Under the pieces are notes generated by a model. That model had not been told where the DNA came from, searched no databases, and saw only the letters and a list, made by a program, of their open reading frames with translations. A DNA stretch of 63,972 nucleotides, counting the filler, from Gonapodya sp. JEL0774 (lineage: Eukaryota): the NCBI GenBank assembly GCA_027604505.1. It is 4 parts of 4 records of this genome, joined end to end, with 100 filler letters (N's around TTAATTAATTAA, not from the genome) between each part and the next. Parts side by side here need not be neighbours in the genome. Positions count along the whole stretch, not along the records: positions 35,138 to 52,481 come from JADIIX010000272.1; 3 more parts are not named here. One strand, 5' to 3'. The position numbers and the translations under genes were made by a program. Positions 36,740 through 49,282 of the stretch are shown here, in pieces (position 1 is the first letter of the stretch; each line of letters starts with the position of its first letter).

Positions 36740-38584
36740 TCACGCCCTCCCCGTTTCCACCACATAATAATCGTACACCAACCTCGCCGCGTCCGCAATC
36801 CCCCGCTCCCGAACACTCATCGGCGTAGCCTCAGTCGCATCAGCGGCATTCCGCGTGTATATCGCCTGTTTTGTGGTGGGGGAATGAAATTGCGTGGGAT
36901 GGGGTGGGAATGGCGTGCGGTGGGGTAAGTGTTACGGGCGTGAGTCCACGACACGACACAAGGACAAGAATACCCCTTCCCTTCCCCCTGCCTCGACCGA
37001 AACTCACCATAACAATCCACCCCTTCCCCTGCACCTCCACCAGTCCCACCTCCGAATGGTTCCCCCTCACACTGCCCCCCTTGACGCTAGTCTTGACTCC
37101 CTGTCTCATCCGGCCCCTGATCCTGGACTGGGACAGGCACCGAGACATGACGGATAAAAGGTAGGTGCTTGAGCTGGGGGTGAGGGACGAGGAGTGCGGG
37201 GTGGAAGGGGTGAGTAGGGAGGAGAGGGCGCGGAGGAGGAAGGTGTGGTAGGCGGACTGGGGTTGTGGGGGTGTGGGGGAGGGGGGGCGGGGGGGAGGGG
37301 GCGATGGAGATCAGCAGAGTTGGGGGAGCGTGGTGGTATCAGCTGATTTTTCTGGTGGGAGGTTTCGGCCACGAGTGCGCGAACGTGCCCTCCTGCACCC
37401 AACGCCAATCCGCAATTTCCCGAACCGACCGCCAAGCCCCGTCTGCCCCGCTCCCCTTTCCAACCCCCAATCACCATATCCCTCTCCCTAATCCCTCCAC
37501 CCCGTACCCCCCCACCCCACCCACCGGCGTCGTCGAGTCCCTGGGATCCCCCTCCACCGCCGCGGGATTGGGCGGGTAGGTCGACTCCTGATACCGCTGG
37601 GCCACCGCGGGGTGGTCGCGCTCGATGAGGGCGTATTTGGCCAGGAGGGAGTCGGTGGGGTTCTGTGGGGACCGGGGGGTGGGGGGGGCGGGATGATATT
37701 GTGGGGCAAGTGTGTGTGTGCGGTCCGGCGTCAGAACGCAGTCACGCAACGACCTAATCGCAACAACCGAATCGCAACGACCGAATCGCAACTACCCCGT
37801 CGCAAGCGGCTCCTCGTTGTTCAACCCCACTCCCGCACTGACACCCCCCGGCTCCCCACCCTGCCCCGTCTTTCCCGCACACCCCCCAACCCAACCCCGA
37901 CCCCAACTCACCCAGTCCCCAAACACCTCAGGATACGCCTTCCACAAGTTATCCCTCATACTACTGGTGGGGTTCATCCCGCCTCCCAGCCCCACCTCCA
38001 CCTCCAACTCGGCCAGGTACTTGCGCACGGCGACCGGCCCGCCGGCCAGTTTGAGAAGCACGTCGGTCGCGGTGTTGTCGGAGCGGGTCAGTGACATTTC
38101 CAGGAGGTTGGACACGGTGAAGAGGGCGGGGAGGTGGCCGCCCCAGCTGGTGAGGGGGTGGGGGGGGGGGTGTGGAGTGTGATCGACGCGGAGTGATCAG
38201 CTGCATCCGTCTCCCACTCCCACCGCTCCCACCACGCCCGGCCAACCCCCCAACTCACACAATCTCAGGATACTCAATACACAAATCCCCCTCCTCCACG
38301 TCCACCAACAAGTCCAACGTGACCGGTTTCCCCTTTGCCGGTCCGGCCTGGGCGACCTGGCCCCGTTCGACCATCTTGAGCACGGTGGCGGCAAGAACAA
38401 CCTTCACCGTGGACGCCATGGGGAAGCGTTGGTCGGCGTTGTAGGAGATGGGGGGGGGCGGTGGGTGGGATGGGGATGGTGACGGGAGGGGGACGAAGGA
38501 AGCGCAGAGAGCGAGGGTGCCTCTGACCGAGGATTCGATGGCGGAGAGTTCGGGGAGGAGAAACGGCGGGCAGGAATGCGTCAT
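36740..38584 (-). CDS. Class A beta-lactamase-fold (serine beta-lactamase/PBP-like) protein, 5 exons, ~357 aa
   Basis: Exons 38584-38259, 38146-37912, 37662-37525, 37256-37008, 36865-36740 splice in frame. Motifs: QRFPMASTVK (SxxK), MSLTRSDNTATDVLLKLAGGP (SDN), DPRDSTTP, RIRGRM..SVKGGS (KTG position), REREGIADAARLVYDYY-type C-terminal helix (RERGIADAARLVYDYY). Confidence 0.9.
37745..37796 (+). repeat. 14-bp tandem repeat (CGCAACGACCGAAT, ~3.7 copies) in beta-lactamase intron 2
   Basis: Units start at 37745, 37759, 37773 and 37787. Confidence 0.8.
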
Positions 38585-38880
38585 CGCTGGGGCGGGCAAA
38601 GTCGGTTTGTGTGCGGGAGTCGGGTGGGATCGGCGGGGCGGGTTCAGTGCCGAGAGAGAATTTGCGAAGACCAAAGCATCCACTGTTGGGACGTTTGTTC
38701 GACATGTTCTGTACAGAAGCACTAATTTACCGTCGATATTTATGGGAAGAACAAAGTAATGAATACCTAAATAACAACGATACACACATCCAAGAAAGAA
38801 CCACTAATTTTACGTAAGGTCGACCCTGCTCCGTACTCGCTACCACTCCACCGCCCGCCCTATCCCTGTCGAGTTCCTGC

Positions 38881-41800
38881 TCAAACCACCTCCTTGGCCA
38901 ACTTCTCCCCCTCACCTTCCCCGACCTGGTGGATCTCCTCCCCGGTCTCCAAGTCCACGTGCAAGAGATCCGCGATCTCTCCCGGCCCGCCAGGCGCCAT
39001 CTGCTTCTTCCAGTGTTCCTCCTCGTTGGGTGGGAGGATCGGGATGAAGATGGATGGGAAGGCGAGGCCCACAAGGGAAAGGGCCACCATGCATACGCCG
39101 ACGAAGAAGCTGGAGTGGTGGGGATGAGGCGGGAACGGAGGGGAGCACGGTCAAAACTAACGGGTGCGGTTCGCGCCAACGACGTGCATCGGCTGGACAC
39201 GTACCCGAATCCGACAAGCTGCATGGGGAGTCCCTTTGGCTCCTTGACACGCGCAGCAAAGTCGGCGAGAGAGAAGGACGCGATAACTGCGTGGTTAATT
39301 CGGTAGGAGACCCACCGTCCGTCACACGTGCGTCAGCGATCTCCCAGGTGCACTCGAACGCAAAAGCCACAACCCCCACTCAAACGCACTGAGCAAGATT
39401 GGTCCGGTGACAAACTTGACGATGACCGCCCACGCGAGCGGAAGACCCCAGTTTCCCGGCGTCCGCTCGACGACGGCATTGATGTCCTTGCGGAGTTGGT
39501 CGATAGAGTAGAGGTTGAGGTAGTAGGCCTTGGCCAAGGCTGGCGAGAATCCGAGGGTGGTGGTGGGTTCCTTGGCCAACAAGTAGGATCCGAGGAGGCC
39601 GACAATGGCGAGAATGATGCCGGTGACTGTTGATGAATTCGGTGCGAAAACATTGATTAGCTGGGAGGAAAAAAGCAGTCCGATTCTGGTCGAGCTACTT
39701 ACTCAGTCCTGCGATGGAACTTGCTTCGTAAGCCACGATGATCGCCACGGTGGGAGAAAGGATGTAGAACGCGGCGTGGGCGATGAAAGCCCTGGGGCCG
39801 ACCTGGCTGATGACATCTTGGTAGCGATAAAGATAGCTAGCTCCGAAGGAGTATGCGTAGCCGAAGAGTACCATGCCAAGCTCTATGTTCAGGAGCGAGC
39901 GGTGATCAGGTTTCCGTGGTCCCCTCCAAGAGACTCGTCGCATGAACACTGGGCTCACCGTTGGTGTACTTGTCAACGTAGTCGAGCGCGTCTAGACCAA
40001 ATCCAGTGGTGTAGAACAGACCTTCAACGATACATGAGCGGGGCGTGAGAACAGTTGCCACGCACACACGCGGATACCAGATGCACACCCATGAGGCAGC
40101 CAAAAATGCAGAGGAACAGCAAAATCACGTCCTTGCGCAACCCTTTGAAGAGTCGAGCGTCGTAGAGACTCGTGGAGAGCGTCTCGACGAGAGAGATCGC
40201 GGAGTCGATCCCCAACATGAAAACGTTGATAAAGAACAGAACAGACCATACGTTGGCGCCAGGGATTCGAGCCAGAGCCTCTGGATAGGTCAAGAATCCG
40301 AGGACGAACGTGCCGAGCGACGTTTGTGACGGGTCGAGGTTGAGGAATCCTGCGACACCGAACGCTGCGAAAGCGGCGAGCATTTCGAACGCGGAGTTGG
40401 CGAGGGCGACGATGACAGACTGTTGACGGATGTGAACAATCGGCACGGAAAATTGATCGTGTGACTGTGCCAAAGGTTACACTTACATCCTGGACCGCGT
40501 TTTGTGTGACGGGATTGTAACTGCCGTATGCTGAATAAATACCGCAGCAGATACCGATGGAGAAAAAGATTTGGCCGACGGCTGCCGTCCACGGTTTGGT
40601 CGACGAGATGTTGTCGCTTCGCCACGTGGCTGCAGTGGGTGAGATATGGTGGTTGAATGTCGGTTGATCCTTCCCAATACGGAACTCGGAAGCGATCGGT
40701 TCGCACATACCGATGTAAAGCTTGACTCCTTGCCATGCATTCTCCAGAGTGACACCACGAACAATGATCACGATCAACATGAGCAACGGGTAGCCCCTGT
40801 GTGATGCAATATACTCGTGAGAAATCACCTCGCAAGAGATCGAACGACCAGTTCTCACTCACATGGTGATGTACACGACTTTGCCGAGCAGGACGGGACT
40901 GAGAGCAGAACGCGCGGTATGTGCGTTGCAACTTTATTGTACGGATACAAATCTGACCGACGAGGGAATTCACTCACCCTCTGAACGTTGCAAAGTAGGC
41001 AAACACCCACACGAAAATGAGACAACCAAACAGAGCCCAATTAATAGATCCAGTACCTTCCTCGCCCGCAGAGAGATCCTTGTAGCCAACAATCGTTCTA
41101 CGAAAGTGTTGAGACTGTAGTGAACGGTAAAGCAGAGAAAAGTCTCTCTCATAGTGACAATTCACCCGAAAAAATAAGCAGCCACGCTCGGGGAACCACC
41201 ATCGACAGTCCAGGGTAGCGGTGAAGTAAACGATTTGATCTTAAGAAGTCAGGAAATGTTACTATTTCCGGAGACTTGATCAGAAAGAGGTGGCACACTC
41301 ACAAAATACAAAACGCCGTACGCAACGATTGGAACATAATAAGTGGCGACAATGTAGCCAGTAATTTGTGATGCCAACCCCTTCACACTCAGTGAACAGT
41401 AAGTTCGACCTCAATCTTGCAATCTCGTAACCGGATGAATTACCATTCCTCGCAATCGGGGATGCACTCGACCAAATGCAGTGACGGCGCCTGAACGCGA
41501 AATCTGACCAAGAATCATTTCCATGGCAAGAAGTGGAATTCCTGAAAAAGAACGAAAGTAGTACATGTTACGTGATTCGCCTGGCAATCTCCGAACGCAT
41601 TTGCTAACCGCACCAATCAAAAACAGGGCCATGAGATAAGGAACAAACCACTGGAGTCCATAGTTACGCCATGCTTGCGAGGGATCTACAATGATAGTCA
41701 AGACGATCCAGTCCAGTTGCTTCGATTCAGTGATGTGTGGACACTCACATCTAAACATGTTTCCAAGACCTTTCCGAGACAAAGCGAGGAAATCAAGCGA

Positions 41801-42127
41801 GTGAAGACTCCAAGATCGAAAGTCTGCGAGAGAAATGACCGTATGATATCTTACCGATCGCACTTCCCATAGCGGCCTAATGAATGAAAAGATGAAACTC
41901 GTTAATCAGTTGCCAGATTACTCCACGTGCACGCTTCAGAAACATTCAACGCCTATCTTCCGGGAGTGCCATTAGCTAGCCACAAGGAAGTACGACCCGA
42001 AGTGCCATGAGACGCTGCACTCCCTGTCGGTGGAACGCCTACTCACGAAGATAAATGAAAGACGGTTTGGCCATAACTCCCTTACGCCGCCGGCATGAAG
42101 TGCTGATGTTTTCGGTTCCGATGCCAT
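38881..42127 (-). CDS. SLC6/NSS (sodium:neurotransmitter symporter family) transporter, copy 1
   Basis: RELWPNRLSFIF-AAMGSAIG-LGNMFRYP, FVPYLMALFLIGIPLLAMEMILGQ, WTAAVGQIFFSIG, YGSYN, FLTYPEALARIPGANVWSVLFF..MLGIDSA. Confidence 0.92.
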
Positions 42128-42812
42128 TGATCACTGAAGTACCGCGTCGCGGGGGAAAGCTGTTTGCTTAAATGCACGACTCGACGAGAGAGGTATTGCA
42201 CCGTAGAGGTGGAAGCAGCAGATGCCTCAGGTGCACCGGACGCAAAACCCCGACACGTCTCCCAAGTTGCGAAATTCCTGATATGTGCCTTTGAATGTAA
42301 TTCATATAAGTCAAGGGAATGACTGATAAAGATGATGGGAAAGGCAGACGACAGGTTCTCAAACAACACAAAGTGGAAGGACGTGTCGATCACCCTGCAA
42401 AGATGCCTCATCAGCGGTGGTGCTTTGCGTCACCCACCTTCACCCACCTTCACGTCAACTTCATTATGTAATGACCATGAGCCCATGACATTCTGTTAAA
42501 CGCAGCTGATTCAAAAGTACCACACAGCGGCATATCATCTATCGTGTACCGGCAACTACTAATGACTGGTGATTATCGCGCCACACTCGGTCAACTAGCA
42601 GCCATTGGGCCGTTTTACCAAGGTTATACTGCCCATTGCACTCACCCGACGGTCAAATGACACCGAATAGTACTACCAAGGCGCAACTGGAAAAGTATGG
42701 TGCAATTTTCGAAGAACCAACTAGATTAAAACTCGATGTCATAATTGTTAACGTCAACGGTACACGATAAACAAGAATCCTCTAAATACAAGATTTTACT
42801 CGTCCCACTACA

Positions 42813-45800
42813 TTAAACTACTTCGTTCGCGAGCTTCTCTTTCTCTTCAATGGGAGTGATTTCCTCCCCGGTCTCGGCATCAACATGCAAGAGGTCTGCG
42901 GTCACTCCCGGAGTTCCCACGAGCTGTTTCTTCCAGTGCTCTTCTTCGTTAGGAGGAAGGATGGGGATGAATACGGAAGGGAATACGAATCCAAGGAGCG
43001 AGAGCAAGACCATCGAAGTCCCAACAAAGAATCTATGTAGTAGCATTGTGCAAGGTTAGAAAGCACAGTGTATCGTCAGAGGTGGTGAAGAAAGCTCTCA
43101 CCCGAATCCCGCGAGCTGCATCGGAAGTCCCTTTGGATTACGAACGCGATCGGCAAAGTCAGCGAGGGAGAAAGACGCAATGACTGTCCATTTGAAGGGA
43201 AAAGGATGAATTTAAGCAAACGAGCGAACGAGACCTTAGAACAAAAACAGAATACTCACTGAGAAGGATGGGCCCAGTGACAAATTTCAATGTTACGGCC
43301 CAGAAGAAAGGAAGGTTCCAGTTGCCTGGAGTACGCCCAACAACAGCATTAATGTCTTTGCGGAGCTGATCAATGGAGTAGAGGTTCAGATAGTAAGCTT
43401 TCGCTACTGCCGGCGAGTAACTGAGGGTGTTGGAGGGTTCTTTGGCCAAGAAGTAGGATACGACGAGCCCAACAACACCAAGAATAACGCCGGTGACTGT
43501 GGAAAAGGAGAGAATGGTTTGCAGATGCACGAAAAAGTGTCAAGCGGTGAAACACTTACTGCCGCCCGCAGTTGCGCTTGATTCATACGCCACAATAATG
43601 CCAATAGTAGGAGACAAAACGTAGAATGCGGCATGCGCGATGAACGCATTGAGACCGACCTGGCTCACGACATCTTGGTAGCGATACAAGTAACTAGCTC
43701 CGAAGGCGTAGGCGTAGCCGAAGAGAACCATGCCCAGCTCTGCAACGAGCAATCAGGAATACGGTGAACTTACCGTATTTCTTAGGGTGGGACTCCTCGG
43801 TAAACTCACCGTTAGTGTACTTGTCAACGTAATCAAGAGCATCAAGACCAAACCCGGCAGTATAAAGCAAACCTTGTGGTATAACACGAATGATGTCAGA
43901 TTAATTTGCTCCCACCACAGGCATCGCGAATACCAAAAACTCACCCCAGAGGCAGCCGATCACGCAGAGAACCAGCAAGATCACGTCCTTGCGCATGCCT
44001 TTCAAAAGCCGAGAGTCGTACAGACTCGTGGAGAGCGTCTCCACAAGAGAGATCGCCGAGTCGATCCCCAACATGAAGACGTTGATGAAGAATAGAACAG
44101 CCCACACATTGGCGCCCGGAATTCGAGCGAGAGCCTCTGGGTAGGTCAAGAATCCGAGAACGAATGTACCAAGGGAGGTTTGAGATGGGTCGAGGTTGAG
44201 GAATCCGGCTACACCGAAGGCAGCAAATGCCGCCAAGACCTCAAATGCCGAATTTGCGAGAGCAACGATGACCGCCTGCAACAGAAATCAGGTGCATTTG
44301 AGTCGGAAAACAATCAATCCATTTCGAGAATGGCTGCGCTCACATCTTGGACTGCGTTCTGTGTTACTGGGTTGTAACTGCCGTAGGCGGAATAAATTCC
44401 GCAGCAGATTCCAATGGAGAAGAAAATTTGGCCAACAGCAGCGGTCCACGGTTTGGTCGTCGAAATATTATCGCTTCGCCATGTTCCTGCGTGTGATCAG
44501 ATGATCACGATTGTGGCTGCGGAGTACGCTTTATCAACCAACGCGGCGATACTCACCAATATAGAGCTTGATTCCTTGCCATGCATTCTCGAGAGTGACA
44601 CCTCGCACAATAATAATGATCAACATGACCACCGGATAGCCCCTGCGTAGTTCAAAATTTTCGTGAGAAATAACCAATAAGAGATCTACCGCGAGATTAT
44701 CATCACTCACATTGTGACGTAGACGATTTTGCCAAGCAAGCCGGGGCTAGGGGCGCCAGTGTCGTTTAGTCGTGCTCGACGTCCAGATGATTAGTTGACT
44801 TCGCGATTCACTCACCCTCTGAAAGTGGAAAAATATAGGAACGCCCAAACGAAAACCACACAACCATACAGGGGCCAGTTGATGTCACCAGTCCCCGATT
44901 CCCCAGCACCAAGATCATGGTATCCAACGATTGTGCTATGAGCCCGAAATGGTTAGAGCTACTCTGGCGAAAGATTTTTGACAAGGCTCTCACCCAAAGA
45001 AGTATGACGACACACTGGACGAACCACCATCGACAGTCCATGGAAGAGGGGATGTGAAAGATTTAAACTTTTGCAGTGACATGTCAATACAGTGGACTGA
45101 TAAAGCAATCAAAATGGCGTTGACCCACAAAGTATAGGACTCCGTAGGCGATGATCGGAACATAGTAAGTTGCCACAATATAGCCAGTGATTTGTGATGC
45201 CAAACCCTACAACCAAAATGTGCGATTAAATGAACGTCAGCTTGTCAGCCACTAAGATGAAAGGCTCACCATTCCTCTCATCCTAGGAGATACACGACCA
45301 AACGCTGTGACTGCACCGGAACGGGAAATTTGACCTAAGATCATTTCCAGCGCAAGCAGTGGAATGCCTAGAGAGATGTGGATCCAGCACGGCTTAGAGT
45401 CGACACTGGTGTGCTACCGATTGGTATGTGGAAAGACTTCACCCACCGATGAGGAACAGAGCCATTAGGTATGGAACAAACCACTGAAGTCCATAGTTAC
45501 GCCACGCTTGGGATGGGTCTGATGCCAAAAAAGGAATTTATGGTGTTGTCAGATTGCTGTTGATCTCGCTCGGGGTTCGACAAGCAAGAGCGCAACTTAC
45601 ATCGGAACATGTTTCCAAGGCCTGACAGAGACAACAAAGAAAGAAGACAGGAGTTTCAGCACGGGTAATGGATCGAAGTGAGAGAGAGAGTTAGCTCGTA
45701 CCGATGGCGCTCCCCATGGCCGCCTGGGTGACAAGGATGATGAATCATTGTTTACATTCGCAATGAAGGAACAGACAATGTCAAAGGCAGTTCATGTGTC

Positions 45801-45958
45801 ACGAATCAGTCAGAACATCCCGCATATGACCATATCTTTTCTGCGGTTTTGTGACAATCTGATGGAGAAGCACTCACCAAAATAAACGAGAGACGGTTCG
45901 GCCATAGCTCCCGAACTCCTCCCGCGTGAAGAGCGGAGGTTTTCGGTTCGGTTGCCAT
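42813..45958 (-). CDS. SLC6/NSS transporter, tandem copy 2
   Basis: MATEPKTSALHAGGVRELWPNRLSFIL...; same motifs and exon layout as copy 1; ends ...EKLANEVV*. Confidence 0.92.
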
Positions 45959-47416
45959 AATGTAGATTCACGTACGCTGTGGGACCGTCGGGAAGTGTTC
46001 GATCGTGTGGAGAGATATTTAATGTGTACACAGTCTTATCTTATATATGAAAATCCAGGAGGAGTTATGAAATCACGCCTCAGGTTGGGGCGCCTCAAAA
46101 ACGATAAACGCAAAACCTTTCTCATGAGTCCCCCGTGTACTGAGTGCAGATTTCTGGAGCAGTTGGCAGATGAGATGCGTCGCAAGTCTGTTGAAAGATG
46201 AAAGTGAAATCAGGAGAGTTTCTGTGTCTGTTCGCGGCGAATTTGGTTATGTCTGAAAATGGACGAGGAACAATGGATGACAACACCTCTCTCGTCATCC
46301 TGTGCCCTTGGGATCGCATAACAGGCTTTGCGTCCACCCCGCTCACCGACCGCCTCAAATAGCCTTTCTTGCGTACACAATCGTTTTGAGATTTTAACAG
46401 TGATATGTATAATGTTTCCCGAACAGCCATGATCTCGTGTACCCCTGCTTCCCTGGCACACCAAAATAAAGTCTCCAACGTTTTATCCGTGGCAACTGCA
46501 CATAGAATTCTTGACCACCCCGTCAGCTCCATACAGACTCTAATACCTGTCTTGAATAATCAACAATTCAGTTCTCCAGTCCATGTCTACATAAAACCAT
46601 GATGTGGGGTAGACAGAGAGGACCAGTCCGCCCCGATCATTCGCTTTATAAACTCTTTAGTGTTCAATTGTAGTTCACGCAGGATCTAGCAACGGTTGCA
46701 TGTAGGCCCATTGCCGTGCAAAGCGACGAGCATCTTATTCAATTAATTGCAGCCCTACTGATCAGTGCCCCAAGTCCGATGTGCTTCAATTCAGCGGACC
46801 TTCTTCATGCACTGAAGGCCAACACGCACTGTCACCGTGAACGGGAGAGGATCCGGCAGAGGGACATCCGCGTTGTGGTTGTGAATGCGCGTTGGTGGAT
46901 TGAGACAGTCGAGGACTCGGGGTGCGCTAACGAGGAAGGGTTCGAGAAGCTGAAGTACTGTTGTGGGGATATCGACAAGCTCGCGCAGCAGGACACTGCT
47001 TGCGGCAATAAATTCTCGCGGGAGGGAGGTAAAAGTCCGTGTTAAAATCACGATCCCCGTGAGTTTGGGGGCATACGAACGGCACGAAGGCCAGCGAGCA
47101 CCAATGTTGATTTGGTGCCGTTCATTGGGTGGAGGAGGAGGAGCTCGTCTATTGTGCAATGGGTGTGGACCTGGCAATCATACGACGCGTGACCCGGTAA
47201 TCGGCAATCAGGTGATTGGGAATTATATTTATTCTGTGAGATAAAATGGCCTGTCGCTTGTAGCTGAGAAGCCACTCTGAGACGAGTCGCTGACCCGTTC
47301 GATGGAGTTCAAAGTGTCGGTTGAATTACGGTTCAAATCAGGCTGCAGGCCAAATACGTATAACCAAATGATCATCGCGGTTCACACTCAATCTCGCTTC
47401 TCGTCAAGCCGATACT

Positions 47417-48633
47417 ATGACTCTTCTGCGCCCTTTCCTAATGATATTCGACTTTGATATGTCTCTCATAGACGATGATTGCGACAACGTCTTCATGCGG
47501 TGAGTGGGACGTGTGTCTGGAACCTAGTGAGCCACATAGTGAGCACCCGCCCCCTCATCCAATGAACCACTTCATGTGGGACATGCGATGATGTCAATTC
47601 TAGGGAGCTAGTTCCCGATATTGTGGATGAGTTGAGCCGCCGGTAAGATCTTCATTGCTTCTGTTCGTGACCCGCCGGATCCCTACCTCCACATTGAGCA
47701 CACATCTTTATAAAGGCACAGGGCCGGTGAAGTATGGGTAGACCTAGTTGCTGAATCTGCAAAGGAAGCTGCCCGCCGCGGATTCACCGAGGAACAGATC
47801 GTAACTGCTTTGCAAAAGGCACCGCTGGTGAGACATTGCAATGCGAATGTTGCTTTATCGGCGAGAGAGAACACAATCGAGACACTGTACATGTTTTGAT
47901 AGCATCCGAGTACAGCAGAAGCTATTCGAACCGCCACAGAGGCTGGCGGTGAGGTTATCATCTGTTCGGATGCCAACACGTTCTTCATTGAAACTATTCT
48001 GAAGGTGAGTGATAAGACGACGCTTCCTCACTTGACAATTATCTTCTTGACGCTTTCCCCATTTGTGTGGGTGATTTTCCAAAGCACAATGGCCTACTGC
48101 ACCATATCCGACATATCATCACCAATCCCGCACATTTCTCTACCACATCTTCTCCACCTTGTGTAATGATTTCTCGTCGTACGCTCGCAACTGACCCGCC
48201 TCATGGATGCGATCTTGATCCGCCACGGTGTGGAGCGAACTTGTGTAAAGGGAAGGAAATCACCAGTTTCGTAGGCCCAGACTGGGACTGGAACTGGGCA
48301 AGAAGCAGCCGCGGCATGGAGCGTGGCTCGCCATGGACTGAAGGAAGTCACAACACCCTTGTGAAGGCTGAGAATGCCACCTCCACCTCCAGTCGCTACG
48401 GGAAAATCCTCTATGTCGGCGACGGCCGCAACGACTACTGCCCCATATCTCTCCTTTCAGAAAGGGACATCGCTTTAGTTCGACGTGGGAAGGCTCTGGA
48501 GAGATTGGTTGACGGGACACACGGTGGGAAGGTGAGGGCGAAGGTCGTCAAATGGGGCGACGGACGGGAGATTCTGGCAACAGTGAGGAGAGAAATCGGA
48601 GAATGGAAGGCAGGTGGGAAAGTAAGGGGTTAG
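47417..48633 (+). CDS. HAD-superfamily phosphatase, PHOSPHO1/PHOSPHO2 (pyridoxal-phosphate/phosphoethanolamine) type
   Basis: IFDFDMSLIDDD (motif I), ICSDANTFFIETIL, IITNPA, HGC..CGANLCKG, YVGDGRNDYCP. Confidence 0.9.
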
Positions 48634-49282
48634 CTGGGCGGACGAGTCGCCATTTCGAGTTGGGAGCTGTGTTCGATATAATCATTATTTGAACAAGAGA
48701 CTGATCACGAATGTGTTTGTGGCTATAAAATCGCAAGTCTGCTGCGGTTCTCGAAAGTTGCGACCGGCCGCACTCGACATTATCACTTAAATTGAAATTT
48801 TCTGGCTCGCAAGTGTAATTTTGGTCCGTTAAACCTTCGTTTGCATTATCGAGACCTTGGTGGTTCTCCAGCCAGTAGTAAAAGACCGAGGCGCCCACCA
48901 CCCCCTCAACCCAACTGTGGATTCCTCTGCTGAAGCCGCCTCCTTGCGCGCTGCGCCAACGCCGGCAGCTGCTGCGACATTGTTGTTTCTGCGCGCACAG
49001 GGACAGTCTCCCCCTCCAGAAAACTCGAGGAGATCACCAGGGCCGGTTCTCGGCTCCGTTATTGGACGTGGAAGCCCTCACCTGATTGTGCCGAATCGAT
49101 TAAACTCTCCTGCTCTTTCAATCGATTCCGTTGGGTCAAGCTTGCCGGACTTAGGAGACAGAGTTGGATTCGACAGCGACGGATCGTTTGTCAAACGCGC
49201 AACAACAGAAACTCAAATCCCAACCCCCAAAAGTCCACAACAAAGAATATTGCTTTCTCCTCTTGCCTCTGTTTCTCCTGCC

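Noticed and set aside
36740..38584. Bacterial contamination as the source of the beta-lactamase-like sequence
   Set aside because: Four spliceosomal introns are needed to restore the frame, and the gene is contiguous with intron-rich fungal genes on the same contig.
46200..47280. Possible multi-exon gene on the minus strand between SLC6 copy 2 and the phosphatase
   Set aside because: Splice-like signals are present, but I could not assemble a consistent frame or recognise a product.
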